NCBI GenBank assembly: GCA_963716725.1
Contig: CAVQUB010000027.1
Coordinates: 32,001-96,000, forward strand
Direction: 5' to 3'
Origin: an uncultured delta proteobacterium
Lineage (GTDB): Bacteria; Myxococcota_A; Polyangia; Polyangiales; Polyangiaceae
Length of the DNA stretch: 64,000 nt
The notes under the pieces were generated by a model, which was not told the DNA's origin, did not search any database, and worked only from the letters and a program-made list of their open reading frames with translations. Shown in pieces: positions 1 through 9,996 of this stretch. The position numbers were made by a program, and so were the translations under genes. Every line of letters begins with the position of its first letter. Position 1 is the first letter of the stretch.

Positions 1-167
1 TCCTGGGCCAGGGGCTGAATCCCTCCCAGAACATCCACCTTCTCCAGCCGGGTCGCGCGACGGCCTGGTTCAGCTTGCGACCCGGTGATCCCGTCATCAC
101 GCCGCACACCAAAGAGTTCAGCTGGGACGGCCTCCGGCGGCTCAGTAGGCCAAAGCCGGCAGGCTGA
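1..167 (+). CDS. C-terminal end of a gene running in from the left edge, possibly DUF4846-like
   Basis: Frame 3 reads LGQGLNPSQNIHLLQPGRATAWFSLRPGDPVITPHTKEFSWDGLRRL...* (TGA 165-167), resembling DUF4846 C-termini from memory. Confidence 0.45.
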   Translation, partial: LGQGLNPSQNIHLLQPGRATAWFSLRPGDPVITPHTKEFSWDGLRRLSRPKPAG

Positions 168-173
168 CGCCGC

Positions 174-1409
174 TCAGCAGCCGGCGAAGATCGCACGGAT
201 CTCATCGGCTCGCGCCCTTGCGTCACTCAGACCGAGATCGATCAGTCGCTCGGCGAAGCCGCCGTCGAACAAGAGATACGAAGCCCAATCCGCTTCCTGG
301 CTCATGCCTTCGACGGCGGAGCGTGCGAGAAAGCGCTCGAGCAACGGATTGAGTTCGGTCGTCCGACGCATGGTCCGGAGATATTCGCCAGCGAGTCGCC
401 CGATGTCCTCGGAGGGCGTGAACACCAAGGTGTCCAGCCGCCGATAGCCCACGCCGCGGCTCTTGACCAAGACCTCCTGCACGCGGGCAAACTCCGCCTC
501 ACCCAGGGTGCTTTCCAGCACTTCCACCAGCTCGTTGAGCCGCTTGAGCACCTGCAGATCTTGTTTGACAGGGTCGAGCAGGAGCGCGTTGAGCAATTTT
601 CCGATGAGGAACATCGGACCGAGGTCCATGCCCTCGACCTCCTCGTGTTCGACCTCCAGAGCCCTCGCCTCGACGTCGCTCACCCGGTGACTCACCGAAA
701 TGACCAAGAGCGGATCGGCTCCGGCTCGAATCGCCGGCGCGATCGGCGTATTGAAGCGCAGGCCCCCGTCGCAGTAGAACCGCTCACCGACCTTGCGGGT
801 CGGGAAGAGGAGCGGAATCGCCGCCGAGGCCAGCACGTGGTCGATGCCGATGGACTCGACGCGAGCGACGCGCGTTCCCGAAACGGACGGCGCGTAGTGG
901 ATGTGCGGAGACACCTCGGCGAACACCGTCGTCTTCCCCGAGACGACGTGCAGCGCCGCGATCAGGAGCGCGTGTACCCGACCCTCGCGCACGTTGTCGC
1001 GGAGCTTTGCAAAGTCCACCGCTCCCGCCACGAGCTTCTCGAGTTCGCGCGTGTCGAGCAAGCTGGTGCCCGGCGGGATGCTCGCAGGCACCGTCCGGAA
1101 GAGCTCCGTGATCCGGCGCGGCCAGCGCATCAACCCCATCAGACGCAGCTTGGCGTGGGTCTCGAGCCGAAGGCTGCGCCAGATGCCGAGCAGGTCATTC
1201 ACTCGGTGGTCTCCGCGATCGGCGGCCGACGCCAGGAACGCCGCGTTGATGGCACCGACCGAGGTGCCGGACATCACGCGAAAGAGCGGCGGATCCTCGG
1301 GCTTGCGACCGAGCGCCGCCATCACCCCAGCGATGACGCCGGCTTCGTAGGCGCCGCGCATACCCCCGCCCGACAGCACGATCCCAGGGGTTTTTACGGG
1401 GCTCGCCAC
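174..1409 (-). CDS. Patatin-like phospholipase
   Basis: LSGGGMRGAY glycine loop, GTSVG nucleophile, DGG catalytic Asp; start trimmed to GTG 1409. Confidence 0.9.
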   Translation of the reverse strand: MASPVKTPGIVLSGGGMRGAYEAGVIAGVMAALGRKPEDPPLFRVMSGTSVGAINAAFLASAADRGDHRVNDLLGIWRSLRLETHAKLRLMGLMRWPRRITELFRTVPASIPPGTSLLDTRELEKLVAGAVDFAKLRDNVREGRVHALLIAALHVVSGKTTVFAEVSPHIHYAPSVSGTRVARVESIGIDHVLASAAIPLLFPTRKVGERFYCDGGLRFNTPIAPAIRAGADPLLVISVSHRVSDVEARALEVEHEEVEGMDLGPMFLIGKLLNALLLDPVKQDLQVLKRLNELVEVLESTLGEAEFARVQEVLVKSRGVGYRRLDTLVFTPSEDIGRLAGEYLRTMRRTTELNPLLERFLARSAVEGMSQEADWASYLLFDGGFAERLIDLGLSDARARADEIRAIFAGC

Positions 1410-1455
1410 CAACCCAGAGCTTAGCGCGGCCGCGCTCGGTGGGCTGAGTTTCTGC

Positions 1456-1752
1456 TCAACCGGAGCTCGCGTCCCAAGGCCACGGCCAGGCGTCGACCTC
1501 AGCTCCCGTGCCCGCGTCGCCCGCGTCGCCCGCGTCGCCAGGACAACCGGCGAAGTCGTCGCTGCACACCCCGCCGCGGGTCGAACACACCGAGCCGCAC
1601 TGACACGGCGCCGACTCGACTCGCAGCTTCGTCCCATCGGCACACTCGCAGACGCCCTCGTGGCACCCACCGCAGGCTCCGCCCGAGACGCACACGGTCC
1701 AGGTGAGGACCGCGAGGAAGGTCCCCACAATGCGCCGTGGCCATGGCTTCAT
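1456..1752 (-). CDS. Small Cys-rich secreted protein or lipoprotein
   Basis: Hydrophobic N-terminus, many Cys, GDA repeats (9-nt tandem at ~1510-1540). Confidence 0.55.
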   Translation of the reverse strand: MKPWPRRIVGTFLAVLTWTVCVSGGACGGCHEGVCECADGTKLRVESAPCQCGSVCSTRGGVCSDDFAGCPGDAGDAGDAGTGAEVDAWPWPWDASSG

Positions 1753-1784
1753 CGAGCGCCGATCGTATCACCAACTCGTCGCGC

Positions 1785-2429
1785 ATGAAGTACGCTTCGT
1801 CGATGCGCTCCGCACTGCTCCTGATCGCCTTGGGCGTTGGCGCATGCGGGGCGAGCAAGGGCGGACCGCGCGGGACCCCCGAGCCGCCGCGCGCGCCGCC
1901 AGCGGAGCCCGAACCCCTGTCGGTTCCGTTTCGGGTGCTCTCACCGGCCGAGCCTGTCCCGGACTTCCGGCTGCGGACGGAAGGCGGTCACCTTCTGGAG
2001 TCGAAGGCGTGGCTCGGCACGCGAGCGTTCGTCGTCGTGTTCTTCTCGACCTGGTGCCAAGTGTGCGAGATGAAGCTCCCGCTCGTGAAGCAAGCCGTGG
2101 CTCCACACCCGGATCTGCCCGTCGTGCTGGTGTCCCTGGACGACGCCGACACCTGGAGCAGCGTCCCAGCTTTCGTGCGGCGCTTCGGCCTCGGTCAGAC
2201 CCTGGTCCGCGGCAGCACCTTCCCGCGCTTCTCCCTGGCCTACGCGCCGCTCCAGACCGTCCCAGTCGTGGCCGTGATCGGCAGAAATGGTCACTTGGTC
2301 GACTATCAAGTCGGCTACTCCCCGCGGCACGGGCCGCGGCTGGCCGCCGCCATCGAGCTGGCGGTGCGCATGCCGCCGGACGCGCCTCCCTTCTTGGAGT
2401 CCCCTGACCGGGAGCCGCCTGATCTATGA
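1785..2429 (+). CDS. TlpA/ResA-like thioredoxin-fold lipoprotein
   Basis: Lipobox (GVGAC), FFSTWCQVC CxxC motif, VP cis-Pro motif. Confidence 0.85.
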   Translation: MKYASSMRSALLLIALGVGACGASKGGPRGTPEPPRAPPAEPEPLSVPFRVLSPAEPVPDFRLRTEGGHLLESKAWLGTRAFVVVFFSTWCQVCEMKLPLVKQAVAPHPDLPVVLVSLDDADTWSSVPAFVRRFGLGQTLVRGSTFPRFSLAYAPLQTVPVVAVIGRNGHLVDYQVGYSPRHGPRLAAAIELAVRMPPDAPPFLESPDREPPDL

Positions 2430-2436
2430 TCGGTCC

Positions 2437-3399
2437 ATGATGCCCTCGACGGAAGCCGCCCTGACGCTCGACGCCTTCGGGCTCAGCGATATCGGCTTGG
2501 TTCGCAAAACCAACGAGGACGTGATCGTGATCCGCGAAGATCTCGCGCTTTACGCCGTGTTCGACGGCGCTGGAGGTCACGACGCTGGAGACATCGCCGC
2601 GCAAGCCGCTGCGCGGTCGGTCCAAAAGCACTTGGCCGAGACCCAATCAGAGGCCATGTCGCAGCCCGAATTCGACTCCTTCGGCATCGCCCTCGAGGGG
2701 CGCCGACTGGCGACCGCCACGCACCAGGCCAACAAAAGCGTCACCGACATCGCCAAAGCGGCGAAGAGCCGCCGCGGCATGGGCACCACGGTGGTGGCGC
2801 TGCTGTTCTCCAGGCGTTCGTCCTTGGTGCATGTCGTGCACGCGGGCGATAGCCGCTGCTACCGCTTGCGTGCCGGTAACCTCGAGCAACTGACGGTGGA
2901 TCACTCGATGATCAACGACGTCATCGAACAACGCCCCGACCTCGAGGACAGCGTGCTCTCGAGCCTGCCGCAACACGCCGTGACCCGCGCCCTGGGCATG
3001 GAAGACCGCCTGCGAGTTCCCTTGGCATCGCATCAAGTCGTGGACGGCGATCGCTTTCTACTGTGCAGCGACGGGCTCTCGGGCGAGGTCACTCCCGAAG
3101 CCATCGCCAGCGCCCTCGCCCGCCGGCACCCGCCGGCCGAGACCGTGGTCGCGCTGATCGACCTGGCCAAGGGCGAAGGGGGCTCGGACAATGTCTCGGC
3201 GGTCGTGATCGATTGCCACGGCCCGCGCCGCGCTGCCGTTCCGGTCTACGATCGCTCGAGCATCGACTGGTCTCCGGACGATTCGGCCTCCGCACCCGAG
3301 GTCTTGCTGCTCGGCATCGAAGAGCTGGCTCTCGACGAGATCGTCGGCGCCGACGTGGACGATCTCGGCGCCGTGCTCGAGCGACTCCTGAGGAAATGA
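2437..3399 (+). CDS. PP2C/PPM-family Ser/Thr protein phosphatase
   Basis: SDIGLVRKTNED, VFDGAGGH, GMGTT, HAGDSRCY, LLCSDGL, GGSDNVS motifs. Confidence 0.93.
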   Translation: MMPSTEAALTLDAFGLSDIGLVRKTNEDVIVIREDLALYAVFDGAGGHDAGDIAAQAAARSVQKHLAETQSEAMSQPEFDSFGIALEGRRLATATHQANKSVTDIAKAAKSRRGMGTTVVALLFSRRSSLVHVVHAGDSRCYRLRAGNLEQLTVDHSMINDVIEQRPDLEDSVLSSLPQHAVTRALGMEDRLRVPLASHQVVDGDRFLLCSDGLSGEVTPEAIASALARRHPPAETVVALIDLAKGEGGSDNVSAVVIDCHGPRRAAVPVYDRSSIDWSPDDSASAPEVLLLGIEELALDEIVGADVDDLGAVLERLLRK

Positions 3400-4520
3400 G
3401 CATGGACCCCCAGACCCCTCGTCATCGAGTTCACGAGCCTCAGCTCTGCTCCGCGGATCTGCCCGCCGCTGGCGGCGCCATCGGACCGGAGCCGGAGGAC
3501 TTCCGCGTCGACGAAGTGCTGGACTGGCCCCTGGAGGGCACCGGCGATCACGTCTGGCTCCGAATCGAGAAGCGCTTGCTCAACACGCAGGACGCCATCG
3601 AAATCGTGGCGCGCGCGGCGGGGATCCGCGGCCGCGACGTGGGCAGCGCAGGCATGAAGGACAAACATGCGGTGACCGCCCAGTGGCTCTCGATCCCCGC
3701 CAACGTCAAGGACCCGTCGACCTGGCAGTTGCCGGATTCGCTGCGCATCCTCGAATCTACGCGACACCCGAAGAAGCTCCGCACCGGACAGCTGGCGGGC
3801 AATCGCTTCACCATCCGCCTGGTCGGCGTGCCCGCTGGGGGCGCCGCTCGAGCAGAGGCCATCGTCGCTCGGCTTCAGGAGCGCGGGCTGCCGAATCACT
3901 TTGGTGCGCAGCGCTTCGGCATCGACGGGAAGAACCTCGCCCGCGCGGTGGAGTGGCTCGCGTCAGGAGCGCGGGGCGACCAGAAACGGGGGCGCTTTTA
4001 TACCAAGCTCTACCCGAGCGTGGTGCAATCCGAGGTGTTCAATCGCTATCTGACCTTGCGCTCCGAGCTCGGTCTTACGCGGCTGATCCCCGGCGACGTG
4101 GTCCGCCTCGAGGGTTCGGGATCGGTCTTCCTGGTCGAGGACCCCGAGCGTGAGCAATCCCGCCTCGACGAGGGAGACATCCACCTGACAGGCCCGATGC
4201 CCGGGCCGAAGATGCGCCGCGCGTCCGGCGCTGCACTCGAGCTCGAGGAGCGCGCCGCCCGGGACGCCGGCTGCGACGCGGATCTCTTGGACAAGCTGGG
4301 GCGATTCGTCGACGGCACTCGGCGCGACCTGCTGATCCAGCCAGGAGAACCGACGTTGTCGGAACCCGAGCCGGGGCAGCTCGTGCTCTCTTTCTTCTTG
4401 CCCGCGGGCAGCTACGCCACCGAGCTGATCCGCGAGCTGACCCGCGCTCCCTTCTTCTCACCGCGACAGGACCGGCCTCCGTTGGCAGCGGAGGGCTCGC
4501 GGGGTAACCTGCCGCCCCTG
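3396..4520 (+). CDS. truD: tRNA pseudouridine(13) synthase TruD; no stop codon, in frame with the downstream TerB domain
   Basis: PEDFRVDE, AGMKDKHAVTAQW (catalytic Asp), GNRFTI, PNHFGAQRFG, FFLPAGSYAT; ATGA overlap with PP2C; end coordinate approximate. Confidence 0.9.
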
Positions 4521-4535
4521 ATGAACCGCTTCGAC

Positions 4536-4946
4536 ATGACTGACGCGCAGGATCTCCCCCCCCCAAAGCTCGAGGCGCTGGTCGAAATGATGTTCCTCGC
4601 AGCCTTTGCCGACGGCGAGTTCAGCGAGGCAGAACAGGCCCACTTCAAGCAGAGCCTCCAGTCGCTGACCAGCTCCCGACTCGCGGCGGACGAGGTCGAC
4701 GCGCTGCTCTCGCGGGTGAAGACCGATGTCGGCACCCACGGCCGGGAGGCACGGCTCGTTTCGGTCAAAGAGCGGCTGCCGGAACCCGGCCTTCGCAAGG
4801 TCGCCCTCGCGCTGGCGATCCAGGTCACCGCCGCCGATGGCATCATCCGCACCAGCGAGCGCGAACTGATCATGGAGACGGCGGATGCGCTGGAGGTCGA
4901 CCGCGACGAGGCTGCGGATCTGGTCCGCAAGCTCGCTCCGGGCTGA
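4536..4946 (+). CDS. TerB-family (tellurite resistance-like) protein or domain
   Basis: Two TerB-like motifs, AFADGEFSEAE and TAADGIIRTSE. Confidence 0.8.
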   Translation: MTDAQDLPPPKLEALVEMMFLAAFADGEFSEAEQAHFKQSLQSLTSSRLAADEVDALLSRVKTDVGTHGREARLVSVKERLPEPGLRKVALALAIQVTAADGIIRTSERELIMETADALEVDRDEAADLVRKLAPG

Positions 4947-4947
4947 G

Positions 4948-6024
4948 TCAAGGGCGTTTGGGCCCCACGCTCGCGCCGGTCCTCCGCGCTTCAGCCCGCT
5001 CCCGCGCCTCGTGACGGCGCTCCCCTTCGGCGGTGACTTGTCCAACGGGCAAGCGCGCGGCCGAGTCGTCCGTCGCAGCGCTGGGCTCGTCGGAGTCCTG
5101 CTGGATCTTCTTCACGATGGCCTCCCGCGACACAAACACCGGCTGCAGCTCGGCCGGATCGTAGCCGTTGCCCCGGTCGAAGAGCCCGCCACAGATGGGG
5201 CGCAGCGTGCACGCCTCGCAGGCCGAGGCGTAGATATGCTGCCAACCGGTCTGACGCACGGTCTGCTTCTCGTCCAAGAAATGCACGATCCGCTCCTCGT
5301 GCTTGACGATCTTGCGAGTCTCGGTGCTCGCCCAGGCGAAGTCCGCCATGTAGCAGAGCGGGACCTTCTCCACTCGAAACGTGCGCCCGGTCTGCTGTAA
5401 GAACGACAGGGCGCGATGTAGCGACAGCTCGAAGTCGGCGAGGCGCGGCGTGAAGCGCTCCTTGTCGTGCTCCGCCCGACCCATGGAGGGATCCAAGTTG
5501 TTCCAGACGAAGTGCCGAACGTAGGGGTGGTGCTCGACGAGGTAGCGGACGTTCTCGTCGAGGTGATCGGCGTTGTCGCGGCACACCACCGAGTTCACGT
5601 TGATCGTGATGCCGGCAGCGTGCGCCGAGTCGAGGGCCGCAAAGGCCCGGTCGAGGGTGCCAGGCAGACCGCGCAGGCGCGCTTCGACCTCGGGTCGAAC
5701 GCTGTAGATCGACACGTGCACCAGCTCGACGCCGGACTCGGCCAGCGCCTCGGCGAAGCTCGCTTCGGCCAGGCGCGAGCCGTTGGTGATGATGCGAACG
5801 TGAAGCCCCTGCTGCCGCGCGTAGGCGGCGATGCGCGGCAACTCGGGATGCAGCGTGGGCTCCCCGCCGGTCAGGATCACGCCGAAGTAGCCGCGACGGA
5901 CCAGGTCGTCGACGAGCACCCGCATCGTCTCGAAGGTGTGGACGAAGGGCGTGCTGGGGTTGGAGCAGAAGCCGCAGAAGTGGTTGCAGTGACGGACGAC
6001 CTGGATGTATCCGAGGTTGGCCAT
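4948..6024 (-). CDS. Radical SAM protein, HxsC-like, with C-terminal Cys cluster
   Basis: CNHFCGFC motif, TGGEPTL, ITNG, VPLCYM, C-terminal CEACTLRPICGG. Confidence 0.85.
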   Translation of the reverse strand: MANLGYIQVVRHCNHFCGFCSNPSTPFVHTFETMRVLVDDLVRRGYFGVILTGGEPTLHPELPRIAAYARQQGLHVRIITNGSRLAEASFAEALAESGVELVHVSIYSVRPEVEARLRGLPGTLDRAFAALDSAHAAGITINVNSVVCRDNADHLDENVRYLVEHHPYVRHFVWNNLDPSMGRAEHDKERFTPRLADFELSLHRALSFLQQTGRTFRVEKVPLCYMADFAWASTETRKIVKHEERIVHFLDEKQTVRQTGWQHIYASACEACTLRPICGGLFDRGNGYDPAELQPVFVSREAIVKKIQQDSDEPSAATDDSAARLPVGQVTAEGERRHEARERAEARRTGASVGPKRP

Positions 6025-6152
6025 CGCTGAACAAGAGTAGTGCTGGATCGCTCGTGCGCCCAGCGCTTCGAGCCATTCGTGCAGTGTGCTGGCGGGATTT
6101 TCCGACGTTTGTTTGGGCGAATCACCGGGCTCATGGAACAGATGGAGGAGTG

Positions 6153-7136
6153 ATGCGCAGCGCCGCCCTGCTCTCGATGGCCCTCGTTGGGGTGGGGTGC
6201 GCCCGTGAGGCGATGCCGTCGCGGCCAATGCAGCCGATCTACTACCCCGGCTCGGTGCACGCTTGGACCGCTCCACCGCCGGGCGCAGTCCCGCTCACGC
6301 AGCAGCCGCACTACGCGGCGCTCACGGTCCCGCCGGTCGTCGAAGTCGCCGCGCCGGTTGCGCTGCCCACGCCCTCCGCGGCCTCACGCCCGGACGTGCC
6401 CTTCCTGTCGAGCGCCGAGATCCCGAGCGGCGACGCCTGCCTCGCGGAGCTCGCAAAGACCAAGATCGTCCACCACCGCCTCGACGAGAAACGCGGAGTG
6501 AGCACGCCTGTCGAGGTCAGCGGGAAGATCGGCGGAATCAGTTTCGAGCGCAGCATGGTCGCGGACTGCCGCTTCGTCCTCGCCTTGCATCGTATTGCTC
6601 CCGTGTTGGCCGAACTGGGAGTGAACACCATGCGCTTCTCCGGGGCGTACACCTACCGGATGAGCCGGGTGGGTCGCCTCAGCCTGCACGCTCACGGTCT
6701 GGCCCTCGACGTGCACGAGGTTCGCTTCGGCTCGAAGTGGCAGTCGGTGGAGAAGGACTTCGCCCGAGGGCTCGCCGACGGCTGCGCGAGCTCGAGCCCA
6801 GCACTGAACCAGCTGGCCTGCCGGCTCAAGGCGACGCGGCTCTTCAAGGAGCTCTTGACGCCCGACTACAACGCCGACCACGCGAACCACCTGCACCTGG
6901 CCATCGCGTCGACCGACCTCCCCAAGCCGGTAGTTTCCCGGCAGAAGCCCAAGCCGCGGGTGATCGCCGAACCGGAGCCACCCGTCGACGACGGCGAACC
7001 CACCGTCGAGCTCGAGCCAGAGACTACGCCGCCCAAGTCGCCGCCCAACGCTCGCAAGCAGCAGCCCAAGGCCAAGCCGACCCGACCGGCGAAGCACCGG
7101 CCGTTGGCCACTTCCCCTGGCCCCATCGCGTCGTAG
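6153..7136 (+). CDS. Extensin-like C-terminal domain lipoprotein (LAS/M15-like fold)
   Basis: Lipobox VGVGC; SLHAHGLALDV and TPDYNADHANHLHL motifs. Confidence 0.8.
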   Translation: MRSAALLSMALVGVGCAREAMPSRPMQPIYYPGSVHAWTAPPPGAVPLTQQPHYAALTVPPVVEVAAPVALPTPSAASRPDVPFLSSAEIPSGDACLAELAKTKIVHHRLDEKRGVSTPVEVSGKIGGISFERSMVADCRFVLALHRIAPVLAELGVNTMRFSGAYTYRMSRVGRLSLHAHGLALDVHEVRFGSKWQSVEKDFARGLADGCASSSPALNQLACRLKATRLFKELLTPDYNADHANHLHLAIASTDLPKPVVSRQKPKPRVIAEPEPPVDDGEPTVELEPETTPPKSPPNARKQQPKAKPTRPAKHRPLATSPGPIAS

Positions 7137-7239
7137 GGACCGCAACGCTTTCGCCGTCGCGGCCGGGTCACGCAGCGGGTGCGGCCCAGCCAGGGAGGAC
7201 GCGCGCGAGTCTACGTGAGACTCGGCGTTGGTACGGCTC

Positions 7240-7692
7240 ATGCAGCTCGGGATGCCCATGAGCGGGATGCCCTCCCTGGGAAGTGTGATGACGCCGCTGC
7301 CCCACTCGATCGACGTGGGGCAGGATGTCGTGACGGCGCGGGTGTTGATGGAGGAACACGGCATTCACCACCTAGCGGTGACCAGCAACGGCAAGATCGC
7401 GGGAGTGGTCACCGACCGCGACATTCAAGTGGCGGGCTCCCTGGCGCCAGAGCGCGAAGGTGAGCTGTTGGTTCGCGAGGTATGTCACATGCCCGCGTAC
7501 GTCGCCGAGGCGGCCGAGCCCCTCGACGTCGTGCTCGACGAGATGGCCGATCGTCAGCTGAGTTCCGTCGTCGTCGTCGATCATTCGGGCCAACTGCTGG
7601 GCATCTTGACCCTCACCGATGTGTGTCGGCTCTTCGCCCGCGCGCTCGAGGGACGCTATCCCCAGAAGTCGCGTCCGGTTCGGACGGGTTAG
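7240..7692 (+). CDS. CBS-domain pair protein
   Basis: Two CBS repeats (MTP...IHHLAV...GVVTDRDI; ...GILTLTDV). Confidence 0.88.
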   Translation: MQLGMPMSGMPSLGSVMTPLPHSIDVGQDVVTARVLMEEHGIHHLAVTSNGKIAGVVTDRDIQVAGSLAPEREGELLVREVCHMPAYVAEAAEPLDVVLDEMADRQLSSVVVVDHSGQLLGILTLTDVCRLFARALEGRYPQKSRPVRTG

Positions 7693-8369
7693 AGCGTCGG
7701 CAGCACGAAGTGCTCTCGCAGGAGCTGCGCCGTGAAGCTCGCGCGCAGGTAGAACCCCTTGGGCATGGCGTCGAAGATCGCGCCGTCGCGGTCGGTTCCG
7801 CGCCGGCGCGAGCGTGAGTTCGCAGCCTTGGGGCGGATCTGCAGGCACTGACCCAGGTGTCCGGTGATGCTCTCGACGTCGCCGCGACCGATGATGCCGG
7901 CCAGCTCTTCCCAATCGAAGCGCAGCGCGCTCTCTTGCAGTCGGCTCGGGCTCCAGATCAGCGGCTCACCCAAGCGGCGCGCCGCGGGCGCGAGACTCCG
8001 CTCCCCCTGCACCGGCACCCACAGCACTCGCCGCAACTTGCGCAGAACCGGCGAGTCTTCCCACTCGAGATTCGCGACCTCGGTCAGCGGAATGGTGCAC
8101 ACGAAGGTGGACTCGACGGGGCGCCCCTGGGCATCCACCGGTAAGGTCTTGAGCTCGACGCCGAGCGCCGAGAAGTCGGGCAGAGCGCGCGGGCCAGCGT
8201 CCGCTCCGAGCACGCGCTCGATGAGCCCACCCACAAAGCCCTTGGCGCGGCGCAAATCCAGCGGGCACGGGAGACCGAGCTCGGCCGCTACCTCTCCGAT
8301 CGTGCGCCCGGCCAGCGCGCGGGCGCGGATGACGAGCTCGGTCTCGGAGCGGGGGCGGGGAGGTTGCAC
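7689..8369 (-). CDS. mutH: DNA mismatch repair endonuclease MutH (MutH/Sau3AI family)
   Basis: KGFVGGLIERVLGADAG...PDFSALGVELKTLPVDAQGRPVESTFVC, LQIRPKAA and GFYLRASFT closely follow MutH; start GTG 8369 (alternative ATG 8417). Confidence 0.9.
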   Translation of the reverse strand: MQPPRPRSETELVIRARALAGRTIGEVAAELGLPCPLDLRRAKGFVGGLIERVLGADAGPRALPDFSALGVELKTLPVDAQGRPVESTFVCTIPLTEVANLEWEDSPVLRKLRRVLWVPVQGERSLAPAARRLGEPLIWSPSRLQESALRFDWEELAGIIGRGDVESITGHLGQCLQIRPKAANSRSRRRGTDRDGAIFDAMPKGFYLRASFTAQLLREHFVLPTL

Positions 8370-8402
8370 CAAGGCCGCTTCGACGATATCCGGAAGAGGC
8401 CG

Positions 8403-9950
8403 ATGCTCCTCCGACATTCAGCGCTCCTTGCCTGCTTCGCCCTGCTGGCCTGCACCAGCCGGGAACCGAAGCAGCATCCTCCCGAGGGATCTGCGGCGGC
8501 CCAGGCGAGCGATTCCCCCGCCGAACCGGTGCCCCCAGCCGCGGGGGTCAGCGCGGCGATTGCCGAACCCGCCGCGCCTCCGCCGAGCCCGAAGGAGCCG
8601 CGGGTCTACGCCAAGAGCCGCTTCGTCTGGGTCTACTCCGAGCCAAACGCCGTGGGCTGGACGGGGTTTCTGTGGCTCGGAGGCTCGGTGAAACTGAAGG
8701 ACCCCGAGCCCAAGAACGGCTCGGGCTGTACCCAGTGGTACGCCATCGAGCCTCGAGGCTACGTGTGCGTGGACGGTGTGCGGGCGACGCTCGACGAAAA
8801 CGACCCAGCGCTGGTGGCGATGCGGCCCTACGCGCCCAAGCTCTCGACGCCCTGGCCGCACCGTTACGGAGAGTCGCGCGGGGTGGTCCGCTACTCCGAG
8901 ATCCCGAAGCCCTCCGAGCAGCGAGCGCGCGAGTGGGACTACGTGGAGCACTCAGACCGGGTCGCCGCGGCCAAGCGCGGCGAGGCCGCTCACGATTCGT
9001 TGGTCGGAGTCGATCTCGCGCCCGCCACCACCGCCGCCTTCTCCCTGGGTAAGTTGCCATCGACGGTCCATGAGCCACGCAAGCGCTTGATCCCGACCTC
9101 GACGGTTGCGTACTCGGCCGAGGCCCTCGCAGACGATCGAACCTGGCTGCTCAGCGCCGACCTGCTCTGGGTGCCCAAGGACCGCGTGGTGCCGTACAAA
9201 CAGGTGGACTTCAAGGGCGTGCACCTGGGCAAGGACGCTCGGCTACCCCTGGCGTTCTTTCGCAGCAAGGACCGGCCCCAATTCCAGCTCGCCGGCGACA
9301 AGCTGATCGAGACCGCGGAGCGCTTCGAGCGACTGTCCTTCGTCGAGCTGACGGGAGAGCAGCGCGAGCAAGAAGGCAGCACCTACCTCGAGACGCGGCA
9401 GCCGGGGCGCTGGGTGAAGAAGTCCGACGCCGTCGTGCCTACGCCCCAAGAAAAGACACCCTGGGGCGCGCCGGTGGGCGGCGAAGACACCAAGCAGGGG
9501 CCCGCCGGGCGCCGCACCTGGATAGAGTCGAGCGTGTGGCAGGGCTGGATGATCGCCTTCGAAGGCACGCGTCCTGTGTTCGCGACGCTGATCGCGCCGG
9601 GGCGCGGTGGAACTCCGAAAAAGGGCGTCGACGCCATCGAAACCGCAGCCACTCCGGTGGGCGTATTCCCCATCACCGGCAAATTCGCGACCGCCACCAT
9701 GGTCGCACCGGGCGATCTGGTGCACTCCGATGTCCCGTGGGCCCAGAACTTCAGCGGTCCCCACGCGCTGCACGGCGCCTACTGGCACAACGACTGGGGT
9801 GACCGCAAGAGCGGCGGCTGCGTCAATGTCTCGCCCATCGACGGCAAGTGGCTATTCGAGTTCACCGAGCCGCCCATTCCCGACGGCTGGCACGGCGTGC
9901 GCTGGCGCCCGAACGTAGAGCCGGCGACGACCTTCATCGTTCATCATTGA
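8403..9950 (+). CDS. L,D-transpeptidase (YkuD) family lipoprotein
   Basis: Lipobox ALLAC; TPVGVF, HALHGAYWH...SGGCVNVS catalytic His/Cys. Confidence 0.9.
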   Translation: MLLRHSALLACFALLACTSREPKQHPPEGSAAAQASDSPAEPVPPAAGVSAAIAEPAAPPPSPKEPRVYAKSRFVWVYSEPNAVGWTGFLWLGGSVKLKDPEPKNGSGCTQWYAIEPRGYVCVDGVRATLDENDPALVAMRPYAPKLSTPWPHRYGESRGVVRYSEIPKPSEQRAREWDYVEHSDRVAAAKRGEAAHDSLVGVDLAPATTAAFSLGKLPSTVHEPRKRLIPTSTVAYSAEALADDRTWLLSADLLWVPKDRVVPYKQVDFKGVHLGKDARLPLAFFRSKDRPQFQLAGDKLIETAERFERLSFVELTGEQREQEGSTYLETRQPGRWVKKSDAVVPTPQEKTPWGAPVGGEDTKQGPAGRRTWIESSVWQGWMIAFEGTRPVFATLIAPGRGGTPKKGVDAIETAATPVGVFPITGKFATATMVAPGDLVHSDVPWAQNFSGPHALHGAYWHNDWGDRKSGGCVNVSPIDGKWLFEFTEPPIPDGWHGVRWRPNVEPATTFIVHH

Positions 9951-9996
9951 GAGTCCGACGGCCCAAGTCGGTACGTGCCTCATTGGTCGAAAGACC

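Noticed and set aside
8369..8417. Apparent head-to-head overlap of mutH and the L,D-transpeptidase
   Set aside because: It disappears with the GTG start at 8369, which fits the expected MutH length
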